Assembly: GCA_026025075.1 (NCBI GenBank)
Contig: JAPEUI010000025.1
Location: forward strand, 124,001-187,286
Length of the DNA: 63,286 nt
Reading direction: 5' to 3'
DNA from: Vezdaea acicularis
Taxonomy: Eukaryota
The translations under genes and the position numbers were made by a program. The notes beneath the pieces are model-generated. The model searched no databases. It was given only the letters and a program-made list of their open reading frames with translations, and was not told the DNA's origin. Shown piece after piece: positions 41,604 to 55,358 of this stretch. Every line of letters begins with the position of its first letter. Positions within the stretch are counted from its first letter, which is position 1.

Positions 41604-42358
41604 ATGGCTGCCCCACCCGAACTCAACTTGAAGGATCTCACAGGTGATTACACCATGGTCAGCCCCTCTGCACCACCTAAAAAACCCTTAATGACCCCAA
41701 TTCAAGAATAAGACCCTCTCTGACGACATTGATGCGATCTTGACCCTGCAAGGCGTTGGCTGGTGGATGCGTCGCGCCATTTCATTCGCGACCATAACCC
41801 TTCACGTCCAGGAAACCCACGCCGAAGGCGAACCGTACAAAATCGACATTGAGCAGACAGCCACTGGCGGCATCAAGGGAACGACAGAAAAACGAGTATT
41901 GGACTGGCAGACACGAGAGCATGAGGATCATCTATTCGGGAAGTTGACGGGAAGGAGTCGCTGGATCAGTCTGGATATGGTGGAGGATCCCTTTTTGAAG
42001 GAAAATTGGGAAACACCGGGGAAGGATGCAGAGGGTGAGGAAGGTAAAGGCTTTATTGAGAGCTGGGTGCACAATGAGGAGAGGGATTGGATTACACAAC
42101 AGGTGAGCTCGGATAACATTGGTGTTCTTCGTAACCATCGATGGAAAATCATGCTATTTGTAGAGTTTGCTGATTCTCTTTCCCTGTGCGTAGGTCTGGG
42201 GCTTCCAGGTTATTGATGGGACGAGATACTATGCGCGGAACATTGTCGTGACCCAAAAGGAGGAGAGGCTAACAGCATTATTGGTATACGACTATAAAGG
42301 GAAGCCAGAGAAGAAACCCGACTCTGATGATGGACTGGATTACGGCGAACATGACTGA
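41604..42358 (+). CDS. Conserved fungal lipocalin/FABP-like beta-barrel protein
   Basis: MAAPPELNLKDLTGDYTM|NKTLSDDIDAILTLQGVGWWMRRAI..E.RVLDW..H.DHLFG..QQ|VWGFQVIDGTRYYARNIVV..VYDY; two introns. Confidence 0.75.
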
Positions 42359-42501
42359 GGTTGACATAACCTAACCGGGGGCGTTGGGAGCTGAATGGCT
42401 TTTGCATTGTGTGAACTTACTCTGCTGCGAGCAAGGGTGACTATGCTAGAATTCATGCCTTTATGGTAAGACTTGGTACTGCATGAGATGCTATCACTAA
42501 A

Positions 42502-43493
42502 TTATCGCTTCATGCTGTTAATCATCTCTTGATGCGTCGCTTTATCCTTATTTGTTTCTGTGAGAGGCTGGATACCTGTGAAATTGTTAGCAAAGGGAAT
42601 TTCGCCTTTACGGTTCTAGAGGAAAGTTATACTTCTCAAGTCGCTCACTACATCCTTCGCCTTGCCGAAATATACTTCCTGCAGCAGGCCTCTCATTCTG
42701 CTCTCCATATCTTCTACTAATTTCCCCACGTTGCTCACATGACCTACGTCTCCATCAACAGCCATATCAGTCTCAACCTGCCTCGTCATATTCCCGCTCA
42801 GGTCCATAGCACCAAGTGTTGGGCTATTAGTGGAAAGGGTGAGGATTACAGTTGAAGTGAGCTTATAGTGTGAAGTCCGAGCTCGAGACGTTGCTTCAAA
42901 GACATGAATAGAGTCCCAAGAAGCAGCAGATAGCGTCGCCGTCTTCGGAGACGACTTTTTCAGCAGCACGACGCCCGCAAACCCGTCATCCAGGTCCCAG
43001 AAGTATACTGAGCTGACACCACCTTCGTAGTATAGCTCTCTATATACATCGAATGCCTCGTTGGCCTTTATCTCCATCTGCCTTATGCGCTCACTAGGTA
43101 TTGTTCCATCTTCAATCGGTGGATCGAATTCATTGCTCCAGGGACTCCGATAGCTGTCACCATCGCGATTGTAGTCGCATATAAGATAGTCTCTGCCTGT
43201 CTTAGGGCATCGTTGGGCCGACAAGGGCTGGTCGACTGAAGAGAGGAGGTCTTCGGTGAGGTCAGGAAGAAGAGTCGTTAAATAGGAGAGATTGGTGCTG
43301 ATCTGCGTAGGAGGTAGGCGCCTTAGGAGATCTCTGCAACAAGAATTTAGCCCGGAGGAGATCGAGAGGGGAAGTTGTAGACGAAAGACTATCTTCCAAG
43401 GCGAGGCGAAGAGAAAGAGGAAGAGGAAGATTGGGTCAGCAGCGGGGAGCAGGTGGCTTACAGAGCACTGTCAAACTGATCGGGTTCACCCAT
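42502..43493 (-). CDS. CAP2: F-actin capping protein beta subunit
   Basis: [72 protein letters not shown]. Confidence 0.96.
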
Positions 43494-43548
43494 TCTGCGC
43501 TGAGGCTATCAAGAGACGAGTCTCCGAAAGCGTTCAATACAGCTCTAG

Positions 43549-43753
43549 TGGGGTCTAACCAGGGCCTCCCATCGAAGAATTACGCCAGCCTGTTTTGAGC
43601 ATAGCTCGTGGTCGCCGGTCCATGCCGAGCTAGCGTTTGGCCCAGGGTTGCGGACAAAGATTGATGGGGGGCATAAGCGATCAGTGGGGCATTTTGACCC
43701 ATCGTCGTAACGTATTCCACAAGCAAAATCACCACACATACAATCTTGACCCC
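43549..43753 (+). ncRNA. Candidate structured non-coding RNA, family unassigned
   Basis: Nested stems 43564-75/43661-72, 43602-08/43626-32 and 43684-96/43724-35 followed by ACA; G-U pairs favour the + strand. Confidence 0.35.
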
Positions 43754-44031
43754 CAGTCATCAGCCACAGCAAGATCAGCACGATGGCGATTTCTACTACA
43801 GAATACTCCCTTGATGCCTGATGCATATGTGAGCATTATTCCAATATTTAAATATGTATCACAGCATTTTTCCTTGCCTTTGTACGCAATGCCTGTTCTA
43901 TTGTGAGGATGGACACAAGCTCTGCCCTTTTTCTTGAGAACATCCCATCTGTATATAATATCAACTATGTTTAGTGTAAGCTCTAGAGCATTATGCGTTT
44001 GCCCCCTTTTCAATAATTCTTGTGTTGGTCG

Positions 44032-47000
44032 TTACTTGCTCTTCCCTTTCTTCATCTTCTTATTTCTTCCCTCGCTTATCTCTTTTTCTAAAATCTCCCT
44101 TGCACTCTCCCCAACTTTCCTCTTCCTTTCCTTTGCGCTCTTCACACTCACTGTGCTTATTGATTTCCCTTCCTTCACCAGCCGCTCGGCATCCTCCCAT
44201 CCTGGTGCTCCTGCGTCAATCTCATACTGATCTAGTGGAAGCGCATTAATCAACTCTCTCTGCTTTTCCTTCAATTCGAGATTGATCTCTTCCCCACCCT
44301 CCTCAAGTTCTTCTCCGAGATCTTTAGCAAGCGGGGCAAAACGCTTATCTATTACTTCATCGTCATGAGCTGCTGAAGCGCTGGCCATAGTGACCTGGTG
44401 GCCATTTGTGCCCTTAGCGGATGGCAACTCGGCTGCGATAGAAGTGCTCAATATGGAATGAAAGTGCGCTGTCAGCTTGCGGACCACTTTGATGAACATC
44501 GCAAGGAGCTGATTGCTCTGCAGGCCAAGCTCCTTCTCTAGGTCTGAAAGGTCTTTCCTTTGTAGCCCGAGCGCCAGGAGAAGCGAAGTTTGAACCCCAG
44601 AAAGTTGAACCGCAGGTAGACGAGCTGTGAAGTAAAGGGTCGCAAGTGTAGGGAGAAGATCTAGGATCACGTGGTAGTCAAGCATGTTGTTTGCGTAAGA
44701 GTCGAGCCGTTTGAGGTCAAAAGGAGTAAAGAGAATATCAATCTCGGGTTTTGTTAGTTGCTTTGGTCTAACCTTGATTGTTCGTGTAGCAGACTCGTTG
44801 ATGCTAAGAGCGAGGATAGAGGGAAAGTCTCGAAATTGGTAAGAGAGGAGAGACAGAAAGCGCTTATGAAAATCGGCGACATAGGCAGCGAGCCAAGAGT
44901 CTTCATCACCAGTATTTTCAGCGTCACTTGGCTGAAGTAACCGCAACATTACGCAAGAATGCTCCCCAGTGAGCTCGTTAGGGGTCTGACGCAAGTAGAC
45001 AGGGGCGAAGGAGGCACGCTTCCAAAATTTATGAAGTTGCTGGGTGAGCCCATAAGACACGCCTATATAGTCAAGCTTATCAGGCCGAATTTCGGAGAGC
45101 TTAGAGAACAATGGTGGCATGCTCGAGATATCGCGGACCTTGATGTTGTCTGATAGAAGGGAAGGCATACTCAGGTCCGCATCAGTTACACGAGACATCT
45201 GGTGTGATTGTTCCTCGGGTAAAGTCTCTGATAAGGAGAGAAACTTTCCTTCGTAGAAATCCATCAGGAGGGACAAAGCGCGAGATCCATATCCCATACT
45301 GACGTAGTCGGGGTTCGTTGCTATCCGGACCACTCGGGCGCCGGAGAGACCAGCGAATTCCTCGTCTTGAAATTGCTGGCTTACAAGCCAGGGAATCAGA
45401 TCCCCTCCAGCTCTCTGCCCTCGGCTAAGACTATTCATTACGCTCTGCTTACTTATGCGGCCTTCAAACGCAACCTGCACGACGCAAAGAGGCTCAGGTA
45501 ATCGTTGCGCGTTATCATCAACTGGCGGAACGAGGACGAATAGATTATGCGCTGGCGCATCGGATAGCAGTTGAAGGTCATTGGGTGTATTCTTATAGTG
45601 CGAGGCGACGTATAGAGCCATCATCTGTTGCAAGAATTTCTCTGATACAGGGTGGAAAGAAAACAAAGTGTCGCGATTGACGTGTAGAAGTTGGCATTCT
45701 GACGGGTGAGGGCAACCCTGAGCAGCAAGCTTTGACCGAGGTAGTGTAGCGTCCAAGCACAGCAGCTTATTCAGCCATGCTTCAACTGCATCTCCTGGAG
45801 CATATCGAATAGGCTCTGATAATGTAATCTCCCGTAAGGATCTTCTACCACCCAAGCTTCCAACGCTAGTACTTGCATCGTTATGACCAATTTGGTGAGC
45901 TTCTTTCCCCTCTACTGCTCCGTTCGCCTTGACAATACCTCTTGATTGGTCACGTAGTTGCTGAATAAGCTTCAGAGACAATGATCTTCCAGTACCTTCA
46001 TATCCATTGATTGTTGAGGCCATGAAGACAAGATAGGGGCCCATCAACTTTCTTACCAAAGGGAGAGGTATAGCAGCAGCCTCATCAATGACGAGTAGCT
46101 CTGCTTGACCTAAGACATAGGCATCTTGCGGGCGGATATACTGTATAGTTTGTCGGTGTTGTCGATGAACGTTGACTCTGACGATAGCCTTGTTAAAGTC
46201 TGGATTGGTAGATTGTATGATTGTGTAATCAACATGATCGAGATAATTGAGGGCGTCGAACCCCTTAAAGATGAATTCAAATAGAGTCTTCAAGTTTTCA
46301 GGACTTGGAGACGTTATGAAAATGTTGCTATAACCATGAGCTATAGCAGCAGCAACAGCTACACCCAAAGCAGCAGATTTGCCGCGCCCTCGAGCCGCTG
46401 TCAGAGTCACCGTACTTCTGAGTGTCTTCTCTGCAATTGCGTCCACGAATGTAAGTAGCGATTTTGCCTGGTCTACTGTCTTCGCAAGTTTTATTAAAGA
46501 TCCAACCGGCTGTGTTTCTGCTAATTTTTCTTTTATTCCATCGAGTTCTACTCGCGCTTCGCTTTTGTCTTCGTCTTCGGGATTTGGTAGGGGCAAAGGT
46601 GTGACATTCTTGCCGCCAGATATAGGCAATACATTCAATTCATCGTCAACAACCAAGCACGATTCGCAACTTCCCAGGGACAGTATGAATCTTTCGTTGA
46701 ATCGGGCCGTTACATCATCATAAGCCTCGGTACGGTATCTCGAATGAATATCCATCGATAACGTGTAAAGTTGCTTCAGACTGTTCATACCCTTTAAGAG
46801 CAAGAGAACCAGGCCACCACCCTCTACAGTCTCAATCGTACGCGCAAGTAGGTTCGGCGTGATCGCCTCGAAATCCTGCAGTACGCACATCCCGTAGGTA
46901 TTGCCCAAAATCTTGTCTGTCTCCTTGTAGAAAACATACCGAATGTTGTGAAGCGACACGAAGAGCTCGAAAGGGTCTTCGGTATTGGGGTCACGAATGC

Positions 47001-47367
47001 CCCTCTTTATCTCCTTTTTTATCTTGTTCTCCCGCTTCTTGCGGTGACTGATAGAGCTCAGCAAAGTCCGTGAAGGTTGAAGGTACACCCTACGAACCTT
47101 GTGAAGCCGAGTAATTTGTGCTTGTATGCCCAAAGGACGGATTTATTCTGTTTTACATCCACGCTAGACATTATATAATGTAAATTGACTATCACATCCT
47201 TCGCGCGATCGCCCACGACCACAATGAAGCTGCGCTTCTTCTCTTGGACCCCATTTCGTATTAGCGCAGGAATGCGTGAGTCCCTATTCAACATTAGTCG
47301 ACGACCTGTCCACAAGAGCTTGAGGCTCCGCGCAGATTCATTGGACTTACACCGCTTTTCGAGGCAT
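44032..47367 (-). CDS. KRE33: RNA cytidine acetyltransferase (18S rRNA/tRNA ac4C; NAT10)
   Basis: MPRKAV|DSRIPALIRNG, LQDFEAITPNLLARTIETVEGGG, TAARGRGKSAALG, DEAAAIPLP, STINGYEGTGRSL, RVVRIATNPDY..GYG. Confidence 0.97.
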
Positions 47368-47670
47368 GCTGCGTTGGGTTGTAGCTGATATAGAGATCGG
47401 CCAGCTCCAACGTTTTGCGATTATATTTTTGCAACTTTTCTCGGCTTTACAGTCCCTGCCGAACTGATCCCTGTCGCCATGCGGGCGCTAAGCTGAACCT
47501 GTACCGCCTCGCCCCGCAGGCTTGTGATGATGCTACCTCAACCCCGCCATCTTCCGGGAGATGTTCCCTCGTACATTCCCTCCGCAACGTTCACCTAACA
47601 TAGCACCTTTTAATACTCCCTTTGAGCCATAACTTCTAATTTATAGAGATCCTTTTCAATCACCTTCAAA

Positions 47671-48455
47671 ATGGCACTAGCCCCAAAGTTTGCAGCCCAG
47701 AAATTGTCCGTTGGGGTCACTCCTCCAACCCTCCACACTGTTGAGATGTGTATGCCATCTCATAAACCGTGAAAATAGCCCCCGAGCTCACAAATCCGGA
47801 TAGATCTCGACTACGTTTGTCCATTCTCAAAGAAAATGTTCAACACTATATATACCGGGGTTTTCCCATTAGTTGAGAAGAAGTATCCGGGAAAGATCCA
47901 ATTCATCTTCCGGCACCAAGTACAGCCATGGCATCCCTCCTCGACTCTCACCCATGAAGCTGGTGTTGCCGTCTTGAAACTGGCACCACAAAAATTCTGG
48001 CCCTTTTCAAAGGCTCTCTTTGACGTCCAGATCGACTTCTTTGACGTTAACGTAGTAGGAGAATCCCGCATTGAGACTTACAAGCGCCTGGCCAAAATTG
48101 CGGGGAGTGTCGGAGTTGACGAGAGCAAGATCCTAGAGCTTTTGTACGTTGATAACAAGCCTAAGGGAGACTCATACAATATTGGCAATGCCGTGACGGA
48201 CGATCTCAAGCTCCTCGTCAAGGTAGGCTCAACTCCATAATCGCATAGTGGACCGAGTAAGCTAACACTAAGCTCAACAGGCGGCCCGTCTGACAGGCGT
48301 TCATGTCAGCCCAACCGTGCTTTTTAATGTGAGTAGTTCTTGAAAGACTTGGGTATTTCAGCTGACACGCGTAATAGGGGATCGAAGAGCGCAGTATTGG
48401 GAGCTCTATGACAGTTGAAGATTGGGAGCACTGGATACAAAAGAACATTGTTTGA
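47671..48455 (+). CDS. Thioredoxin/DsbA-fold protein
   Basis: MALAPKFAAQK..HTVEM|YLDYVCPFSKKMF, FIFRHQVQPWHPSSTLTHEA, GVHVSPTVLFN|G; three introns. Confidence 0.85.
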
Positions 48456-48954
48456 GAGACCTCTTGCGGTATGTGCAATCTTCAGTTGTCAAAACTGCTT
48501 GTGTGTCTACAATAGAGATTTCCTACGCATAAATAGAGAATATAAGAACACTATTAGTCAGTAGATGTTTTATGCAAACCTAATCATAATGTGAACGCCA
48601 GAGCGACGTTGTCGTTATTGCTGCCATACAAAATCACTCCTGGTTGTCACGTCGGAGATGTTTCCGGCGAACAGCTCGGCTGGACGCGGGGCACCGTCCA
48701 CCCTGATTCGCCTATAAAAAAGTCCCCGTCCCTGAAAATGCCGCCTCGGATGGCGATTCGCAGGTTCATGTGCAACCCAAAAAGGGACTACCATAACGCC
48801 TCATTTGTGATGTGGCCATGAATCTCAGATTGCGCTCGTGATCTCCTCGATATTCTTCCTTCGCCATAAGTAGACAAATTCATCATCGAGCGCCTCCGTT
48901 CGCAACCATCCACGAACCCTGCACTACCATATGTGTCGAAGCATAAACTGAACA

Positions 48955-50670
48955 ATGGAAACAAGTATGTGTCTACCTCTCCTTGCATGAACGAGCCCAC
49001 TATGTTTCTTGTAATGCGCTTGATTCTGTAGTTTTCACGGCTAATGAATGGACGTAACAGACACTGCTGCACATGAGTGTGTCTCAGAGGAAGCTCTCGC
49101 ACACCTCAAGACCTACAAATACTCGAGCGTCGACAAGTCCCTGATATCGCACTACATCCTGAGGCATTATGTATGCGACTATCAATTGTTTTGTTCAAGG
49201 GGCTTTGCGTTAATTCAAATTATAGTGGAATGGCTTTGTCGAACTTCTTCCATTATGGCTGGCTCCAAACATGGTCACATTGCTTGGATTCGGGTTCATT
49301 CTGATAAATGTCATTACCCTGGAGATATTTATTCCGGATCTAATCGGACCTGTGAGTGCTGCTGGAATTGGTCGACACCAAAGGCCAACCTACCCCCTTT
49401 TCTAGGTCTGGTATATATTAACGATTCGAATTGCCACCATAGGGTCCTTCCTGGGTATATTATAGCTTTGCATTCGGCCTATGGATGTAAGGCATGATTT
49501 CAACTATTTTTCCACCTGTTCGTTCTATCTCCGAACTAATTCGGCACCCGGCTTAGGTACTCAACTATGGACAACGTGGACGGCAAACAGGCCCGACGAA
49601 CTGGCACCTCTTCAGGCCTGGGGGAGCTATTCGAGTAAGCCTCAGCTGAGATGTCTGATGGATTTAGTTGACCCACCAATGCACAGCCATGGAATTGATT
49701 CCCTCAATTGCACCCTAGCGAGCCTTTGTGAGACCGCTTCAATGGGTCTCGGGTGCTCCAAAGCTGGAGTACTTACTGCTTTGATACCCTGTCTACCTAT
49801 GTTCTTCTCGACCTGGGAGACATACCACACTCATACCCTTTACCTTGGCTACTTCAACGGCCCCACAGGTAAGGCGTGAGTCTTGGCGATCATCAACTGT
49901 ATACTGATCTGTATGAAGAGGGCCTGATAATCGCCTGCTCGTTTATGTCGGCTACCGGCTACTGGGGGCCAGAGATTTGGACATATCCGGTAACATCTCT
50001 GTTTGGACATCCAGAGATATTTGGAGATAGTTCGGTTCGAGATCTATGGGTTCAAACGATCCTGTCCACCTTCTTCGTCGCACATTTACCATTCTGCATT
50101 TATAACGTAGTCAAGGCACGTCGAAAGCAAGGCCTCCCAATCGCACCAGTCTTCACGGAATGGGCCCCAATGGTCATATATACCGGCGCAATTGGAGCTT
50201 GGCTGTATTCACCGTACTCAACCCTAATGCGAGACAACCACCTTGCCCTGTTCTGCTTCACTATGTCTTTCGTCTTTGGTCGGATGACCACAAAGATTAT
50301 CCTGGCTCACCTAACCCGCCAACCCTTCCCATACTGGACAATAATGCTAGCCCCCCTAATCGGAGGTGCAGTCCTAGGAAATCTTCCACGATTTGGCCTA
50401 GACCCGATCAAAGCCGAATACGAGCTTTGGTACCTAAGAGCTTACTTCGTATTTGCAATCATTGTCTACTTCAGGTGGGCTTTGTTGGTCATCAATAGCA
50501 TCTGCGAGTACCTTGGCATCAACTGCCTTACCATACCCTATCCACCACCTAGCATGACTAAGAAGGCGGAAGTAGCTGCCAACGGACACTCCCTTAACGG
50601 CGTCAAGTATGAGAAGGCTGGCAACAGGAAAACCTACTCTGCATCCGTGGAGGAGGTCAAGGAATTGTAA
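48955..50670 (+). CDS. Choline/ethanolamine phosphotransferase (CDP-alcohol phosphotransferase, EPT1/CPT1-like)
   Basis: [61 protein letters not shown]; many short introns. Confidence 0.92.
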
Positions 50671-51446
50671 CCCTTACATAGATAAAGCGGGAGGTATCTA
50701 CCCAACATTTCAACAGAAGATACCTCAGAGTTTTCAGTCCCGAGATTGCCTGAAGCGATAATAGCAGTATATACGTAACTCCCCCTTAGCACCAACATTT
50801 ACATCGAGAAGAAACGAACAACAAATGGAAGGTCCATACATTCTCAAAAAGCGGCCTGCATGATTCTTTTTCTTCCTCTTCAACTTCAAGCATCGGTCGA
50901 TTTCCTCTTAGCATTTGGAGAAGCATTGCGTTGTTTTGAACTTCAGCCGGTGGGCGGTAGGATGTGCATATACCTCGCCATAGATAGCTTTCATTTTACG
51001 AGCACGCTTCATTTTGCCAGGAGCGTCAATTTTCTGCACGATTTCCATCAAGGCGTTCGATATATCAGATGTGATGTGATGTGATGGCACGGGCTATGAT
51101 TCAACTCAGCCATGTGATTAGTAGTAAAGACGCTTGAGATTCCATTGAGCTATCGATGGAGCCCAACACTAAAAGGACCGTGATGAGAAAAGATCACTCC
51201 ACGCCGACGCAGCCGCATTAATCCCTTTGAAGTCTCTTCTCTCGCCGCGAAACTACTCCACACGTGTGCTGCACCCTACTCTTTTCAGGAGGAAGCGCAT
51301 AAGTCCACGAGCTTGTAGCATCCCGTGAATCGCCCCAACCACCAAGAAGCTTAAGTCTCAACCCCCTCGAGACAGCAAGCGCTATGCACAGGAAATGGAA
51401 AAGCTAGAGCCCCCGCTCACACGACTTGCTTGGGGCTCTGGTGCTT

Positions 51447-52192
51447 CTATAGCATGAAGGCAAACCCGGCAAAGATGCCCGCTACGACGACGCCCAATCC
51501 ATAGCTCTGTCCGAGTCCCACCGCGGCAACAGCTGCACTATGCTTCATGCCTGCAGGCGTGGTCGCCGCGGCGCCTCCGAAGCCCGTGTACACCGTCTGG
51601 CCAGCTGAATTGGTCGTCTGCCCACCACTCCCTGTAGTCGTGGCTGACATGGTCGAGCTCGAGCTGGTCGTGTTGACGCGGGTAGGGTTCTGGGCTCCGC
51701 ACGGATGGGCGGTACGGCAGTTCGACTGGCATGCTTGGGCGCCGCCGCAGTTGCTTACGCATTGGCTATTCGCTTCGGTGCAGATGAAGTAGGGGATTGT
51801 TTGGGAGTACTCAGAGGCGTTGGGTGAAGCGCCGTTGCTGCAGACGCAGGTGAATGAAAGGGTCGACTACGGGGGCAGGTCGGGCCGTCAGTCATGTGGG
51901 CTTCTTAAGAGTTTTGGATTGGGAAACACGGTACTACATACTGGGTCACAGGTATTGGATTCGGTGGTAGCGGACTCGCCAGGGAGCTGGAGACATAGGA
52001 GAGGGCAGGAGGTTATTTGGGACTGGCACCAGAATTCTGTGGAACATTAGATGGGAGGCCGTGGTTATGGATTTGAATGGGGACCATACGCCTGGTGGCT
52101 TTGTCGACAGAGTTTGGGTCGATCGATTGGGTGGAGACGCCGAGGATCTGGAAGCCGACGATGGCGATTGCTGCTGAGGCGAGGTAACGCAT
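51447..52192 (-). CDS. GPI-anchored Cys-rich secreted protein
   Basis: Signal peptide, IDPNSV..WCQSQITSCPLLC..NTCDP|..CVCSNG.SPN.SEYSQTIPYFIC..CVSNC..CQSNC..HPCGAQNP, S/T stalk, hydrophobic tail GLGVVVAGIFAGFAFML. Confidence 0.82.
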
Positions 52193-53328
52193 TATGGGCG
52201 AGGTGTCAGGACGGATAGGGTTGTAGGTTTTTGTATTCTGATCTCTGCTCTGGAGGATAAAAGGTTAACATTGTGAAGGGGTGAAGAAAGGTCATTGGGG
52301 TCGGAGTGATGGCATGTGAGAGGTTGGGGGGCCCCATGCCCGGACAAGTAAACACGTACCCTTGCGTCAAGGTAAGGGAGATGGACAATGGCCAGATGGA
52401 CACTCTAAGCACTTCAAATTGAATAGTTGATTAAACGACAGTAATGAAGAGAAAGGACGTAGCGACCGTGGGTGAAGAAGTGAGGATGACGAGAGTAGGG
52501 CGAAAGTGCGAAGTTGAAGTGTCGAGGGCTTGGATTTCGGACGGAGGATAGAAAAGGGAGCATGGGGAGCGCGCCGGGGTCGTAGCGTCCTCAGCAAGGT
52601 GCAGACACGGGTCCGAGCATGGCACTACGGGGCAAAGTCGTCCTTTTTCCTCCAATCGTCCACACGGGCCACCGCCACCCATCAAGGAGGTGTAACACAT
52701 GTCTTTGGCCCGTATCTTCTCCCCGGGGCCGTTGCTTGAGGCCAAAGCCACTGCGTTGAGGACATTTCGTCTATCAGACCCCGTACCCGCCCCCGCTGGA
52801 GATCGCTGGCTCGGGGAAATGAAGCTTCTGAAAGAGGCGTCTGCTCGGGCGTTTGTAGACGGCCGCTACGTTCCATGGGGAGTGTTGCTGTTTCGTTCCA
52901 CGAATAGAAAAGCAGCCGGATATGATCCAGAACTCCTAATTGCTGATCCCTGCGTGCGCCCCCTGCTCAGGCCGCGGCTGTTGACCAAGCGAGCATCCGA
53001 GCTTCACCAGTCGGCTGCCAAGACGCTCCTGTGTCGCTTGTCTACTCGAGCGGTAACCGTATTGGGAATAGTGCTGCACCGGTGTCTTTGCCTTCAACCC
53101 TCGTCCCGACACCATCGCGATATCGTCACGAGTTCGGCTGCGCTGCAGACCTCCCCATTCACTCATTTTTGCCCCGCGGTCCCACATTTCCTTGCATTAT
53201 CTCGCATGGCAAGAGCTATATAAAGCTATTCAGTCAGAGCCGCTCCTTTAGTTCACAGTCCGTGCTGCAGACAAGAGCTTAGCATCCAGTAGAACCGGGC
53301 TCAACCCTGTCCTGGATGGGTGGCATCC

Positions 53329-54159
53329 ATGGACGAAGCTCCAGCTAATGGACACATTGCCGCCCAGAACGGCCATGGCTCGGATGGACCACGGCCATCC
53401 AAGCAACCGGCCTCCGTAACCCCGCCCTACTGGAAACACAACCGTTCCAGCTCGACTATTTCAAACTCTTCATTGATACACCCTGATGGAGGGCCCATTA
53501 CGTTGGAAGATCATACCGAGGAACCATGTGAGCAAAGCACTGCTCTGTGGGCAAAGAAGGTCTTAATCGATGACTACACTATCGTACAGGGAAGTCGGAC
53601 GGGTGTGGGAGCCTACGTCGTCTGGAGTTGTGTAGTGGAAACGCTGGACGTGAGTTGCTATAATCGTCAATTGATGTTGAGTTTCCCTGACATATCATAG
53701 GGTGGACCCATGACTGTACGGAAGAGGTACATATATACCTTATCAGCTTGATTCACTTCATCGATTGGCCCTGTTGTTGAGAAGTGGCCCTCCCATTAGC
53801 GTCCCTTTTGACAATCCTTGCAGATACTCTGAATTTGACGACTTACGGAAGAAGCTTCTGCAAACATATCCGAATTCGGAAGCAGCTATGCCATCTCTAC
53901 CGCCAAAAAGTCTTATATGTATAGCCACTTTTAAAGTTGTGGAAAGGTGGCAATACTGACAATACTGTAGCTAGGTTTAGGGCCCCCTTTCTTGAGAAGA
54001 GGCGCATTGGCCTATCATATTTTATGAAGTTCGTTAACACCTCAGCGAAGTACATCCGCAATTGAGGTCTCTTGCTAATTTGAATTTCAAAGTAGCTGTG
54101 TCCTATTGAATCCCGAATTCTCGGGCTCTCCAGTCTTGAAAGAATTTCTTTTCTACTGA
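53329..54159 (+). CDS. YPT35: PX-domain protein (Ypt35-like)
   Basis: ITLEDHT, IDDYTIVQG..GAYVVW, VRKR|YSEFDDLR, PSLPPKS, FLEKRRIGLSYF, VLLNPEF.GSPVLKEFLF. Confidence 0.85.
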
Positions 54160-55358
54160 TATCGTTCGAAGGAGCGAATGAGTCCACTTCCATGCTTGTC
54201 TGGCCGATCCCTGGCACGGTTCCGCTGAGTGATGTAGCAGCCGAGGGGTATATACGATCAAAGAGGGCAATTATTTGGGCTTGAGAGTCGCGATTCGTCT
54301 CGTCGCCTTGCTGGTACTTTCACCTGGGGTGAATTTTGCATATACACAACCAACTAATAGAAACATTAATGATAATTCGACGAAAGAGGTAATTATAAGT
54401 CCGTCAACGAAATCGTTCTAGATTGTCATGTACATCCTTGGGAAGAATTTGATTTCAAGAGGGGTGTAGCATACTTCTTATCATACTCAAGGCCTCCGGA
54501 TCCGCTAGCGCCTTCGATATATCAGCATAAGTAGCCAGTCGCTGTTCTACATCCGAGCAGCCATGACGACATTCACAGCTTAAGCATCATTTCAAAGGAA
54601 CCCATCCGCATGCTTAGTGTTCGGCGGATCATTTTGGACTTGGGTCTTGAATACGTAATATACGCCGTTGGCGATAAAACGTAAAGTTCCTTGACCTGTG
54701 GAGCTGCCACACTTCCTTCCCACAGAAGATCTGGAGTACGGGATGAACGCACATCTGGCTTGGTGTCTAATACAAAGCCACCTCTAGCCCGGCCAAATGT
54801 GATCCCGAATGAATCCGACTGCCTATGAGAGTTGCGCTGGGGTAAATGGGCTAGCATCACTAAGAGATATAGTAGCGTGGAGGTGGGGGGTACAAAGCCA
54901 GATAACCCAAAGAGTATATGAATCATGCCGTTTGTTTCCATTCTTTACTACTTCATTCTGTCAATGACACGGTCTGAAATCTCTCGACATTGGCCTGCCG
55001 ACTTGCTTTGTCATGCAGTGGGCATGAGATGCACGGAGGAAATCGTTGGAGATGGTGTGATATTTAAAAAAGATATACACTAATTACTCAAATAAAAAGC
55101 TCGTTTCTACCATTTTACTGCCTGACTTTGCCGATCATAGGCATGAGATCTGACGTGCCATCCTGTCTGTGCGGGTGGTGTTTTGGCGAGCAAGAGAGGC
55201 ATCGAGCGGAACGTTCACCCACGCGACCGCGAGCCATGGCAACAACACAAAGCACAGAACACGACCGCGGCTCATGGTTCGCCAATTCAAAGAGTAGACC
55301 CCTAACCACTTAAGAATCGCATCCAAAAAGATGATCTCCATAATTCCAGGCTCTTACC

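Noticed and set aside
43696..43720. snR30/U17 m1 and m2-like motifs (ACCCAT, TATTCCA)
   Set aside because: Matches are imperfect and in the opposite order to m1-then-m2 as I recall it for snR30/U17
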